A DNA stretch of 25,209 nucleotides from a virus (Duplodnaviria > Heunggongvirae > Uroviricota > Caudoviricetes), in the IMG/VR virus record IMGVR_UViG_3300012165_000089; one strand, written 5' to 3'. The translations under genes and the position numbers were made by a program. This document shows positions 9,431 through 17,710 of this stretch, one piece after another (the stretch's first letter is position 1; each line of letters starts with the position of its first letter). Under the pieces are notes generated by a model. It was not told where the DNA came from, made no database searches, and worked only from the letters and a program-made list of their open reading frames with translations.

Positions 9431-9724
9431 ATGCTGGTAATTTTGAAAAATTATAACCGTGTTGTTAATTTAAATTCATTTGATGGAATAAAGCTTTGTG
9501 AAGATCCTTATGATAAAAATAAAATTTCAGTAGTTGCCTATCGTGATATGGGAAGATTTTATATGATGATTAGTGGCAGTTCAAGGGGGGACTTGAACTT
9601 TAATAATGGTTACCAAAGATTATGTAGCTATCCTGCTTGTGAGAAAGAAAATGCTCAAGCAATGTATGATGAAATTTTATCCTCATGGATGGATGGGGAT
9701 AAGAGTTTTATTATTGTAAATTGA
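9431..9724 (+). CDS. Hypothetical protein
   Basis: RBS GGAGG; stop lies inside a junction-motif copy (9717). Confidence 0.7.
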   Translation: MLVILKNYNRVVNLNSFDGIKLCEDPYDKNKISVVAYRDMGRFYMMISGSSRGDLNFNNGYQRLCSYPACEKENAQAMYDEILSSWMDGDKSFIIVN

Positions 9725-9784
9725 AATAAAGAACGAAATTAGAGACAAGAATCAAAAGCTTCAGGTTTTTAATAGGAGATAAGC

Positions 9785-11419
9785 ATGAGTAATAAAAAGC
9801 AAGATAATACGAAGTTATTAAGCATGGTTTGGCGCGGTTACAATAATAAATTGAGCCAAATTATAAACCGCTACATAATAGTGCTAATATCCATTTTCCC
9901 AATTTGGACTACAAATCAGTATTTTCACCTTTTAAGGGATAGATATCAATTCTTTTGGATTGCTACATGTATGGTAACGGTCTCTTTCTTTTTGATAACC
10001 GGATGGTACTTATTTCGTTATCTAAAAGAACGAAAATATTTAGGATTGCGATTCGGTGATGAATCAGTAGCATATCCATGGAAATATTTTTGCCAGTGGA
10101 TAAATCGATTATCTATTACCGATATTTTTCTTTTTTCATTTCTGTTTGTCCTCGTGGTGTCAACGATGTTGTCACAGTGGCCAAGAGAATCATTCTGGGG
10201 AAGCGCCGGACGTCTACAGGGATTATTTCTATGGTTTTGGTATGCTTGCGCATTCTTTTTTATAAGCAGATACGCCACTTCATGGAAAATGCATATGAGA
10301 CTCATTGTAGTTATGGGGATGGGACTTTCGATTTGGGGAGTCTTAGATTATATGAATTTAGATCCCTTTCATTGGTTAGTTGCCGTAAAAGAAGGACAGC
10401 GTGGAATGTTCATGTCATCATTCGGAAATATAAACACCTACACTGCAATGATGGGCATTTACATGGCAATATCTGCCATGTTATTCTCTCGCAGTGTCAA
10501 GTGCGGGGAGCGATTGTGGGCCGCGATTGCATTGATAGCCTTCTTCTTTAATGTCATTGCTTCAATCACCGGACAATCCGATAACGCAGCCTTGGGAATG
10601 ATGATATTATTTTATTTTCTTCCATTCTTTATTTGGAATGACGGCAGAGACATTATGTCGTACTTAATCCTTATCGAAACAGCAATAACAGGTTTTGGCT
10701 TTGTTTATATTATTACCAGCTTATTTCCAAATCCATATATAGGATTAGAAAGTGGATTGCTTTTAAAACTATGTAAGCAAAATTTATTGTGGATACCTTT
10801 TTTCGTGGTTGGTATCCTGATCTTTATAGTTTCGAGACATCGCCAAAATGACACAAGGCTAATTCCTTGGCTTAGGGGTTTTTGGGGAATCGTGGGAATT
10901 GTATGCACACTGATAATTATGATAGTACTATGGGATGTTAATCACGGAGGAAATCGCGAATGGTATCAGCCATATAAGCAATGGTTATACTTTTCCGATT
11001 CATGGGGAACGTATCGTGGATGTTGTTGGAGGTTAGGAATTGAGCACTTCCGGAATTTTAATTGGATAAACAAACTGTTTGGCTCCGGCCTGGAAACGTA
11101 CGGAATTATTGTAAAGCAGGCAAATTATCAGGAAATGGTTGATATTTGCGGTCAAATATATGATTCACCCCATAACGAACCGTTGCAATACCTGTTTACA
11201 ACCGGAATTTCAGGTTTTATCTGCTATTATGGATTTTTATTTTCCGGAATTCTTAAAGCATTGCGGATAAAAGAAATGGATTGTTTTGAACAAAAAGCTG
11301 CTGCATTAACGGTTTTAGTTTACGTTGGAATTTCCATTGTAAATATATCTGTCCCGATTGTTACGCCGTATACTATTTTAATGACCGCTTGCCTAAACGG
11401 AAGACGTTGTGAGTTATAA
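9785..11419 (+). CDS. O-antigen ligase family (Wzy_C-like) polytopic membrane protein
   Basis: About 12 TM segments; motifs GRLQGL, SSFGNINT, GTYRG..W, LFGSGLETYG and PHNEPLQYLFTTG. Confidence 0.8.
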   Translation: MSNKKQDNTKLLSMVWRGYNNKLSQIINRYIIVLISIFPIWTTNQYFHLLRDRYQFFWIATCMVTVSFFLITGWYLFRYLKERKYLGLRFGDESVAYPWKYFCQWINRLSITDIFLFSFLFVLVVSTMLSQWPRESFWGSAGRLQGLFLWFWYACAFFFISRYATSWKMHMRLIVVMGMGLSIWGVLDYMNLDPFHWLVAVKEGQRGMFMSSFGNINTYTAMMGIYMAISAMLFSRSVKCGERLWAAIALIAFFFNVIASITGQSDNAALGMMILFYFLPFFIWNDGRDIMSYLILIETAITGFGFVYIITSLFPNPYIGLESGLLLKLCKQNLLWIPFFVVGILIFIVSRHRQNDTRLIPWLRGFWGIVGIVCTLIIMIVLWDVNHGGNREWYQPYKQWLYFSDSWGTYRGCCWRLGIEHFRNFNWINKLFGSGLETYGIIVKQANYQEMVDICGQIYDSPHNEPLQYLFTTGISGFICYYGFLFSGILKALRIKEMDCFEQKAAALTVLVYVGISIVNISVPIVTPYTILMTACLNGRRCEL

Positions 11420-11554
11420 GTATTATAAGTTCAGATTTACAATTTTGATCACTGGACTTTTTATGAAAAATAAAGTTAAATCAAAAGCTACTTTCAAAAT
11501 AAACTTCTTTCGTCATAATTATGCTGATTAAAAAAAGGCAAAGGAGTAATCTAT

Positions 11555-11986
11555 ATGAAAAAACATTATGATACTAAAATTGGGAGAATCATTGAAAAGG
11601 GTTTTGATTCCAGAAGTGAGGCTGCTTTATTTAATTACATCATGTCGAACGGTATGGAAGTTATTAAGAAAATGTCTGATGATGATATTCGTAAAAACCT
11701 GGTTGATTACGGCGAAAAAGCTATTATTGGCATGAAATACCAAGAAGCCTTGATGAAAACGGCCGTACAAATTTGCAACGAATGTAGCGTAACGGAACTT
11801 ATGGAATATATTCGTTGTTACTTGCCGTTTGAGCCGCAGGTTCGCGAAATGACTCTGTATAAAGAAGACTTCGAAGACTCCGCCGCAGATGGTGGTTGGA
11901 TAAATGTTATTGATTCACTTAAACTAGATATGGAAGAGGTGGGAAATACAATTCAGCTTTGGACCATCATTCCTAACGAAACCTAA
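11555..11986 (+). CDS. Hypothetical protein
   Basis: RBS AAAGGAG; stop begins a junction-motif copy. Confidence 0.75.
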   Translation: MKKHYDTKIGRIIEKGFDSRSEAALFNYIMSNGMEVIKKMSDDDIRKNLVDYGEKAIIGMKYQEALMKTAVQICNECSVTELMEYIRCYLPFEPQVREMTLYKEDFEDSAADGGWINVIDSLKLDMEEVGNTIQLWTIIPNET

Positions 11987-12051
11987 AATAAAGTTAGAAT
12001 TGCCGTGACTATTGAAGAAATATTTAACGACAATTAACGAAAGGAAAGAAA

Positions 12052-12321
12052 ATGAAAAAGGAAATACAAAAACACATTAAAATACTAGAAAAAATGCGTA
12101 TGGAAACGCATGATACTGATAAGCGACATGCGTTAAAGGCAGCCATTGAAGAGATGCAGTTAGCTATTCCGGAAAAACCAATCGATAATGGAAAACGGGA
12201 TCCTAAAATGTGTCCTAATTGTGAAGAATATTTAACACAACCACTGGGAACTGGAATATATATTGACGTGGCAGAAATGATTTCATGTCCGGCATGCCGA
12301 CAGTTATTAGATATGGATTAG
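12052..12321 (+). CDS. Phage-like Zn-ribbon hypothetical protein
   Basis: CPNC...CPAC pair; RBS GAAAGGA. Confidence 0.75.
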   Translation: MKKEIQKHIKILEKMRMETHDTDKRHALKAAIEEMQLAIPEKPIDNGKRDPKMCPNCEEYLTQPLGTGIYIDVAEMISCPACRQLLDMD

Positions 12322-12388
12322 CAAAGTTATATGACGTTGTTGCATGTAATACATCCATTATATTAAAGTTTAACGAAGGAGACGCAAT

Positions 12389-12754
12389 ATGAGATTGATT
12401 GATGCAGATGCATTTAAACAGCAAGTAGCAGCAATGGCGATACAAAATGGGTCAAGTACCGCAGCGGATAAAGCCAAGTTGATGATGGATTTAATTGATG
12501 GACAGCCGACAAGGGAAATTACAAAAAGACAATTAAAAGACCTAGAAAAAATTAAGCAAGAAAATGAAATTAAAGCGTTATGGCTGGAATTTGGTGACGT
12601 TTTAATGGATCCAGAGACAGAAGAGCTGGAATGTACGTGGCATATTTTCCCAGCAGGAACGCATAGGGAAGAGGTGTGGCATTGGTTCGAAGATACATAC
12701 GGCATATCTGTCACTGATTTGCTATATGCCATTGATGATTTTCATTTGAAATAA
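12389..12754 (+). CDS. Phage-like hypothetical protein
   Basis: N-terminal MRLIDADAFK (common start of small phage ORFs); C-terminal WHIFPAGTHREEVWHWFE; RBS AAGGAG. Confidence 0.75.
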   Translation: MRLIDADAFKQQVAAMAIQNGSSTAADKAKLMMDLIDGQPTREITKRQLKDLEKIKQENEIKALWLEFGDVLMDPETEELECTWHIFPAGTHREEVWHWFEDTYGISVTDLLYAIDDFHLK

Positions 12755-12883
12755 AATTATTCCAAGATAACTCGTGTACCTAAAGTATAGTACCCGAAGT
12801 AGCATGGGCTGAAAATGGAATAATCGAGCTGTTTGTAAGTTCTATTGGAATTAGTTAAATTCATTTTCAAGAAGAGGAGAAAT

Positions 12884-13153
12884 ATGGAAAGGAAATTTAA
12901 AATCGAATGTATCATATGTGATGTTCCCAGTAATAACATACTTTTCACAATTGAAGAGTCAGGAGTGGAATTATCTGAACTTATGTTGAAAAAGGACTTC
13001 AAGAGTAGTATTATGAACGCATTAAAAGAAAAAAGAATTTCTGGTGAGTTATATGTTGAAATGTTGGTAACTAAAAACGACAGTTACTATGATGATGATG
13101 AGTTCAATATCATTGTAGACGAAGAATTTACAGAATGTCAGTTTATTTATTAA
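12884..13153 (+). CDS. Acidic hypothetical protein
   Basis: ATG 12884 behind GAGGAG is preferred to the TTG at 12845. Confidence 0.7.
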   Translation: MERKFKIECIICDVPSNNILFTIEESGVELSELMLKKDFKSSIMNALKEKRISGELYVEMLVTKNDSYYDDDEFNIIVDEEFTECQFIY

Positions 13154-13188
13154 ATTAATTTTTATCGGCATAGCCGGGAAAGGAAAGT

Positions 13189-13650
13189 ATGAAGAGGAAG
13201 GAAGTAATTGTAAATAAAATCACTGGCAACTTGAATACAAAGAATATAGCTTTGGTCGATGGGGGCTTTCTTGCCAGTTATGGCGGTATGGTTGCCATTG
13301 GGTATCGTGGAGGCAATCGGGACTATATGCTATCCGTTACAGCAGAAGACATGGAGAAGTTTCTCCATGCTGGTGGCAATGTGGCACTTACCTTGGAAGA
13401 GTTACGGATGATGGAAGGCGAACCAGTATGGATAGAGGTGTTGGACAGACCAGATTTAAGCAGATGGCATTTTGTTATTCGAACGGAATCCCTTGGGTTA
13501 ATAGCCAAGGACGGCTTGGGGCAATACGAACCCCATTCCTGGAACGAGGAAAGACCGACATTTTCGGGTTGCTATTTTGATATCGAAAAAGGCCATAAAT
13601 ATGGCGTTAACTGGTTGGCATATCGACACAGGGTAAGCCGAGAGAATTAA
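13189..13650 (+). CDS. Phage-like hypothetical protein
   Basis: RBS GAAAGGA; LTLEELRMMEGEPVWIE...WLAYRH pattern. Confidence 0.75.
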   Translation: MKRKEVIVNKITGNLNTKNIALVDGGFLASYGGMVAIGYRGGNRDYMLSVTAEDMEKFLHAGGNVALTLEELRMMEGEPVWIEVLDRPDLSRWHFVIRTESLGLIAKDGLGQYEPHSWNEERPTFSGCYFDIEKGHKYGVNWLAYRHRVSREN

Positions 13651-13687
13651 AGTTTAGCGGCTTATGCCGGGAAAGAGAAAAAAGAGA

Positions 13688-13954
13688 ATGATGGAATTAG
13701 ATTTATTTAAACTTCTGACCAGCGACTTAGTAGATGAACTAGGATGGATTAATGATCATCAGTTTTGCGTATGGGTAAACTATAATGCTCTGGCAGAGTT
13801 TATGAATAAATTGCTTGAGATAACCGGAGCAGACGCTTTTATTGCCGGAGAAGTAAATGCGAATCTACAAGGAGATGGGATTTGCTTAGTGATGCAGGAT
13901 GTGATGGATGTAAATCTGATAGGGATATTTCCGCCGTCACAATATTTGCACTAA
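13688..13954 (+). CDS. Hypothetical protein
   Basis: Start uncertain (13664 or 13688); stop begins a perfect junction motif. Confidence 0.65.
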   Translation: MMELDLFKLLTSDLVDELGWINDHQFCVWVNYNALAEFMNKLLEITGADAFIAGEVNANLQGDGICLVMQDVMDVNLIGIFPPSQYLH

Positions 13955-13980
13955 ATTGAAGTTTAATGGAGGAAATACAG

Positions 13981-14133
13981 ATGGCGAACGGTAATTGTCC
14001 GTGGGATATAAGAAATAACTGCGAAGCATGCGGATATGAAAGATTCATCAAAGAAAAGAATTGGTATGAGTGTTTTCATCCAGAAAGTATTAACTGCAAA
14101 CGAGAACGGGAGGAAACGGAAAAGAACAAGTAA
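13981..14133 (+). CDS. Small Cys-rich protein, 50 aa (absent from ORF track)
   Basis: RBS GGAGG at good spacing; MANGNCPWDIRNNCEACGYERFIKEKNWYECFHPESINCKREREETEKNK; bounded by junction motifs at 13952 and 14131. Confidence 0.7.
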   Translation: MANGNCPWDIRNNCEACGYERFIKEKNWYECFHPESINCKREREETEKNK

Positions 14134-14176
14134 ATTAACATTATCCGACGTTAACTGGAGAAAGGAGATTGTGTAC

Positions 14177-14383
14177 ATGAGGGTGCCTAAAAATATTGAA
14201 AAACTACTTAGTCAGCGGATAGACGCTGCTATACAGGTGCAAAGTGCTGATTATAAATTGGCGGTGTGGCTTGAAAAGAATGGCATTGAGGTGGAAGAAT
14301 ACGACATTTTAGGCGGTGTCGAAATTTACGGGAATCCAGACTCAAGTGCTGAAAGAATTAGACAGGCTATTCTAAACAGGTAA
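14177..14383 (+). CDS. Hypothetical protein, 68 aa
   Basis: ATG 14177 behind AAAGGAG; the 14036 start in the track overlaps the small Cys-rich gene. Confidence 0.7.
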   Translation: MRVPKNIEKLLSQRIDAAIQVQSADYKLAVWLEKNGIEVEEYDILGGVEIYGNPDSSAERIRQAILNR

Positions 14384-14403
14384 ATTAAAGTTGGAGGTAG
14401 AGA

Positions 14404-14655
14404 ATGACAAAAGGGAATAAAGATATCAGAACATCATGTGAAAAGTATCAATATGTAATCATAGTAGAACGTGATGATGTGCAGAAATATATAGCAAAAG
14501 GCTATGGGAAAAAGCTTACATTTGATTTTACTGTACTACTAAACAAAGCTACTAAATTTGACAAGGTTGAATTAGCTGAAAGATTTATTGAGAAGATGGA
14601 CATTCAAAATGTTATTAAAATAGCAATGGTGAAAAATGAATTGTCTTTACAATAA
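14404..14655 (+). CDS. Hypothetical protein
   Basis: RBS GGAGG; flanked by junction motifs. Confidence 0.7.
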   Translation: MTKGNKDIRTSCEKYQYVIIVERDDVQKYIAKGYGKKLTFDFTVLLNKATKFDKVELAERFIEKMDIQNVIKIAMVKNELSLQ

Positions 14656-14693
14656 ATTAATTTTTAAGTTGGATTTAAAAGGAGAAAAAAATC

Positions 14694-15074
14694 ATGAGTA
14701 AATACTATAACGAATTTAGATTAGGTCTTTCTGGCCGCGAATATGAAATATTAGAAACATATTCGGATGGAATAAAAAAAATTCAATTTCCCACAATGGG
14801 CGGAGAAGTAATTTTTGCCCACCCAAAAGATTTGGATGAATCTTACAAAGAAGCACATGAAACCAGATTGGAAGACGAACGGCAACGAATCATAAGGGAA
14901 AGAAACGGATTTCCTGACATTGAAGAATTAGGAAAGAGAACTGAGAAAGCAATTGAAAAAAAACTGAAAGAACTGGATGAAAAGTATGATAAAGAATTCG
15001 ATGAATGGCTCGATAAGCGCGGATTATCGCTAGTAGATGGCTTGGTGGTTAAGAAGCGCAATCCAGTAAATTAA
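14694..15074 (+). CDS. Charged hypothetical protein
   Basis: RBS AAAGGAG; flanked by junction motifs. Confidence 0.75.
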   Translation: MSKYYNEFRLGLSGREYEILETYSDGIKKIQFPTMGGEVIFAHPKDLDESYKEAHETRLEDERQRIIRERNGFPDIEELGKRTEKAIEKKLKELDEKYDKEFDEWLDKRGLSLVDGLVVKKRNPVN

Positions 15075-15095
15075 AGTTTAACGGAGGTATAATGG

Positions 15096-15272
15096 ATGCC
15101 TTATATTAACGAACAGGGAAATGTGTTGTTGGGAAACAAGTGCTATGGATGTAAGTTTTGCTATTGGGATAGTGAAAGGCATGAATATTCATGCGAAGCC
15201 TTTGGCTGTTATGAATATTCAAATTACTCTGAATTTGTGCTAAATCATCCAGCAAAACCGAGAAAGAATTAA
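15096..15272 (+). CDS. Small Cys-rich protein, 58 aa (absent from ORF track)
   Basis: RBS GGAGG; MPYINEQGNVLLGNKCYGCKFCYWDSERHEYSCEAFGCYEYSNYSEFVLNHPAKPRKN. Confidence 0.65.
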   Translation: MPYINEQGNVLLGNKCYGCKFCYWDSERHEYSCEAFGCYEYSNYSEFVLNHPAKPRKN

Positions 15273-15370
15273 AATATGGTACATAAAAGGTTGTGGATAT
15301 AAAATGCCTTCTTGGTTATTCCATGATTTTAATGCATTGATTGTCTGGAATAGTGATAACTTCATATAGG

Positions 15371-15398
15371 AGAAGGGCTAATATAGCTCTTCTTTTTT
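15371..15398 (+). terminator. Rho-independent terminator closing the first part of the array
   Basis: AGAAGGGCTA-ata-TAGCTCTTCT plus a T run. Confidence 0.75.
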
Positions 15399-15463
15399 AT
15401 CACAATGTATACACATCCATAATTATATTATAAAAAATATAGAAATTAGAGAAGGAGATTAAT

Positions 15464-15790
15464 ATGAATAAAATTATTTTAATGGGGCGCTTAACCAGAG
15501 ATCCGGAATTGCGATATTCTCAGGGCGAACGTGCAATGGCTATTGCAAGATATACACTTGCTGTGGATCGTAGAGGTCGTCAAAATGCGGATACAACAGT
15601 TGATTACATTAATATCGTTGCGTTTGATAAGGTTGGCGAGTTTGCCGAAAAACACTTCCGGCAAGGACTGCGAGTTTTAGTATCTGGACGCCTTCAGATT
15701 GGTAGTTATACCAATAAAGAGGGACAAAAGGTAACTACTGCGGAAGTCGTGGTTGATGATCAGGAATTTGCAGATAGCAAACAGACTTAA
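15464..15790 (+). CDS. ssb: Single-stranded DNA-binding protein (OB fold only, no acidic tail)
   Basis: MNKIILMGRLTRDPELRY...DYINIVAF...KHFRQG..VLVSGRLQ; ends EFADSKQT. Confidence 0.9.
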   Translation: MNKIILMGRLTRDPELRYSQGERAMAIARYTLAVDRRGRQNADTTVDYINIVAFDKVGEFAEKHFRQGLRVLVSGRLQIGSYTNKEGQKVTTAEVVVDDQEFADSKQT

Positions 15791-15911
15791 TTTCACAAAG
15801 GAGACATTGCAAGATGTCTCTTTTTCAATAATCCTTAAAAATACCTTTCCGTTATCATAATCATAATGAACTGATTTTATAGGTATAGAGAAAATTCCAG
15901 AAAGGAAAAAT

Positions 15912-16079
15912 ATGAAATTTGAATTATTGTATTTACTGGCAAGGATAAGAGGAATATTTTCAGACAACCATAAAGGAAGTCTGGTCTTCGGTAAACCAGA
16001 TAAAGATATTGTAAAGCAAATGTATTACCGAGGTAGTTTTGTTCCGTACAGAATCGACAATCTTGTTACATACAGATAA
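15912..16079 (+). CDS. Small hypothetical protein, 55 aa (absent from ORF track)
   Basis: RBS GAAAGGA; MKFELLYLLARIRGIFSDNHKGSLVFGKPDKDIVKQMYYRGSFVPYRIDNLVTYR; stop lies in a degenerate junction motif. Confidence 0.55.
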   Translation: MKFELLYLLARIRGIFSDNHKGSLVFGKPDKDIVKQMYYRGSFVPYRIDNLVTYR

Positions 16080-16111
16080 TTGGTTTTTAAAGACCAGGAA
16101 GGTGGAAATAT

Positions 16112-16390
16112 ATGAAAAAGGTGAAATATGATTCTGGACGACCTATTATGAGATTGGAGACTGGTGATGAAGCTGTTATCAGAGTAACTCATTTCCCTGC
16201 TTCAGTTGTTGATGAAAAAGACAAAGAAAAATACAAAGATGTACCGGCGGGAAGATATAAAGCTATTTGTACAGGTCATTTGCGATTGGAATGCCAAGAG
16301 CACCCTGTGCTTAGTGGCAAATATAATTATTGGCGAGGAGATAAGTGGGGATGCTCAGAAGGAATTTATGCAGATGAGCCAGGTAAGTAA
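16112..16390 (+). CDS. Hypothetical protein
   Basis: RBS GGAAGGTGG; stop begins junction motif 16388. Confidence 0.7.
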   Translation: MKKVKYDSGRPIMRLETGDEAVIRVTHFPASVVDEKDKEKYKDVPAGRYKAICTGHLRLECQEHPVLSGKYNYWRGDKWGCSEGIYADEPGK

Positions 16391-16527
16391 ATTAAAGTTC
16401 GGCTGAAAAAGAGGTGGTACAACTTATTGGTTGTGATATGAGTTCTTGTTATCTGGATGATTTAGTAGACTGAATGTCTTGAATACTTGCCGTTAGACTG
16501 GTGAATTGTTTTTAGAAAGATTTCTGG

Positions 16528-16558
16528 AAAGACAGGGAGAATTATTCCCTGTCTTTTT
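16528..16558 (+). terminator. Rho-independent terminator
   Basis: AAAGACAGGGA-gaattat-TCCCTGTCTTT plus TT. Confidence 0.8.
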
Positions 16559-16641
16559 GTGCAAAAATCAAATTATCTGATACTTTTTTAGTGGTAAATT
16601 TATAGAAATTTTTTTGATAAAATCATAAAAGGATAAAAAAT

Positions 16642-16692
16642 AATATCCGCAGTGTTTTTATTTTTTTTAATTTACAAATTAATTGATAGTAT
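16642..16692 (+). promoter_or_regulatory. AATATCCGCA copy 3 plus extended -10 promoter of hflKC
   Basis: Motif 16642-16651; TGaTAGTAT 16684-16692; no recognisable -35. Confidence 0.6.
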
Positions 16693-16718
16693 AAGAATAT
16701 AAAAATCAAGGAGGGCAC

Positions 16719-17696
16719 ATGATGTCAACAGGTGCAAAATATCAAAGGAATTATGATTCAAGTAACGAGTATATGGAAGACATTTTAAAAGCAAAGCGAT
16801 ACTTGACAATCGGATGCATTGTATTGTTTTTGGCAATAACATTGCTTAAAAGCTTTTATACCGTGAATTCGCAGGAATGCGTGGTATTGCTTACATTTGG
16901 TAAGGCGCAGGAAGTAATGGATCCCGGGGCACATTTTAAAATTCCGTATATCCAGAAAGTAAAACGTGTGACGAAAGAGATTTTAGGGATGAATATAGGT
17001 TATTCGTCCAATAACGAGAGCATTCTTAAGGAATCAATGATGATCACCAGAGACTTCAACATTGTCAATGTCGATTTTTATATTGAATATCGCGTGACTG
17101 ATCCGGTAAAGGCATTGTATCGCAGTGATTGTGTCGATGATGTTTTAAAAAACCTCGCACAATCTTACATTCGCGATACTGTTGGTCTATATCAGATTGA
17201 TGAGGTATTGACTTCCGGTAAAAATGAAATTCAGGCGGCAGTGAAGGAAAAATTGGTGAATCGGCTGGCGAAAGATGATTTAGGGATTCAGGTGCTAAAC
17301 GTGACAATTCAGGATAGTGAGTTGCCAACGAACGATGTGTCTACTGCGTTTAAAAATGTGGAGAATGCTAAACAGGAAAAAGATAAAAAATTAAATGAAG
17401 CTGCTATGTATGAAAATGAGCAGTTACCCGCTGCCAGGACAAAAGCGGATGCTATTTTAAAAGATGCGGCCGCATATAAAGCGGAACGCATTAATGAAGC
17501 AACCGGTCAGGTGGTTCGTTATAATGAAATGTATGAGGAATACGTAAAATTTCCCCAAATCACCAAGGAAAGAATGTTCTTCGAAACAATCGAATCATTG
17601 TTGCCAAACAAGAAGGTTATTATCGATAACGGAGACGGCACCCAGAAACTATTGCCTCTGGACTCGTTAGTAACGACTTCGGAAAAGCAAAATTAA
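16719..17696 (+). CDS. hflK: HflK, SPFH-domain FtsH modulator
   Basis: N-terminal TM; VLLTFGK, PG.HFKIPYIQ, MITRDFNIVNV, P..A..AF..V..A..E, ERMFFETIE motifs; paired with hflC. Confidence 0.88.
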   Translation: MMSTGAKYQRNYDSSNEYMEDILKAKRYLTIGCIVLFLAITLLKSFYTVNSQECVVLLTFGKAQEVMDPGAHFKIPYIQKVKRVTKEILGMNIGYSSNNESILKESMMITRDFNIVNVDFYIEYRVTDPVKALYRSDCVDDVLKNLAQSYIRDTVGLYQIDEVLTSGKNEIQAAVKEKLVNRLAKDDLGIQVLNVTIQDSELPTNDVSTAFKNVENAKQEKDKKLNEAAMYENEQLPAARTKADAILKDAAAYKAERINEATGQVVRYNEMYEEYVKFPQITKERMFFETIESLLPNKKVIIDNGDGTQKLLPLDSLVTTSEKQN

Positions 17697-17710
17697 GGGA
17701 GGAAAAAATA

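Larger units (their letters stand above)
9056..16401 (+). repeat. Dispersed 14-bp junction motif TAAA-TTRAWK-TTTA at gene boundaries
   Basis: Perfect copies start at 13151, 13952, 14653 and 15067; 12-13/14 copies at 9056, 12359, 12856, 13643, 14381 and 16388; weaker copies at 9717, 11984, 12747, 14131, 15265 and 16076. Confidence 0.8.

Noticed and set aside
11466-11508. Stacked junction-motif-like sequences (AAAA-ATAAAG-TTAA, CAAA-ATAAAC-TTCT) suggesting empty sites
   Set aside because: Several mismatches in very AT-rich DNA and not tied to a stop codon; cannot be told from chance.
14036-14176. N-terminal extension of the 14036..14383 ORF
   Set aside because: Overlaps the RBS-bearing 13981..14133 gene; the better RBS precedes ATG 14177.
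8665-16390. Calling the small-gene array a prophage
   Set aside because: No terminase, capsid, tail, integrase or lysis genes in the window; phage-like small ORFs also occur on large conjugative elements.
9056-16401. Classical integron attC sites or pdif/XerCD sites as the explanation of the junction motif
   Set aside because: No RYYYAAC...GTTRRRY imperfect hairpins, no 28-bp dif-like 11-6-11 structure, and no intI in the window.
16409-16473. RBS-like GAGGTG after the last junction motif, followed by a ~19-codon frame
   Set aside because: Too short and no clear start spacing; at most a degraded cassette.
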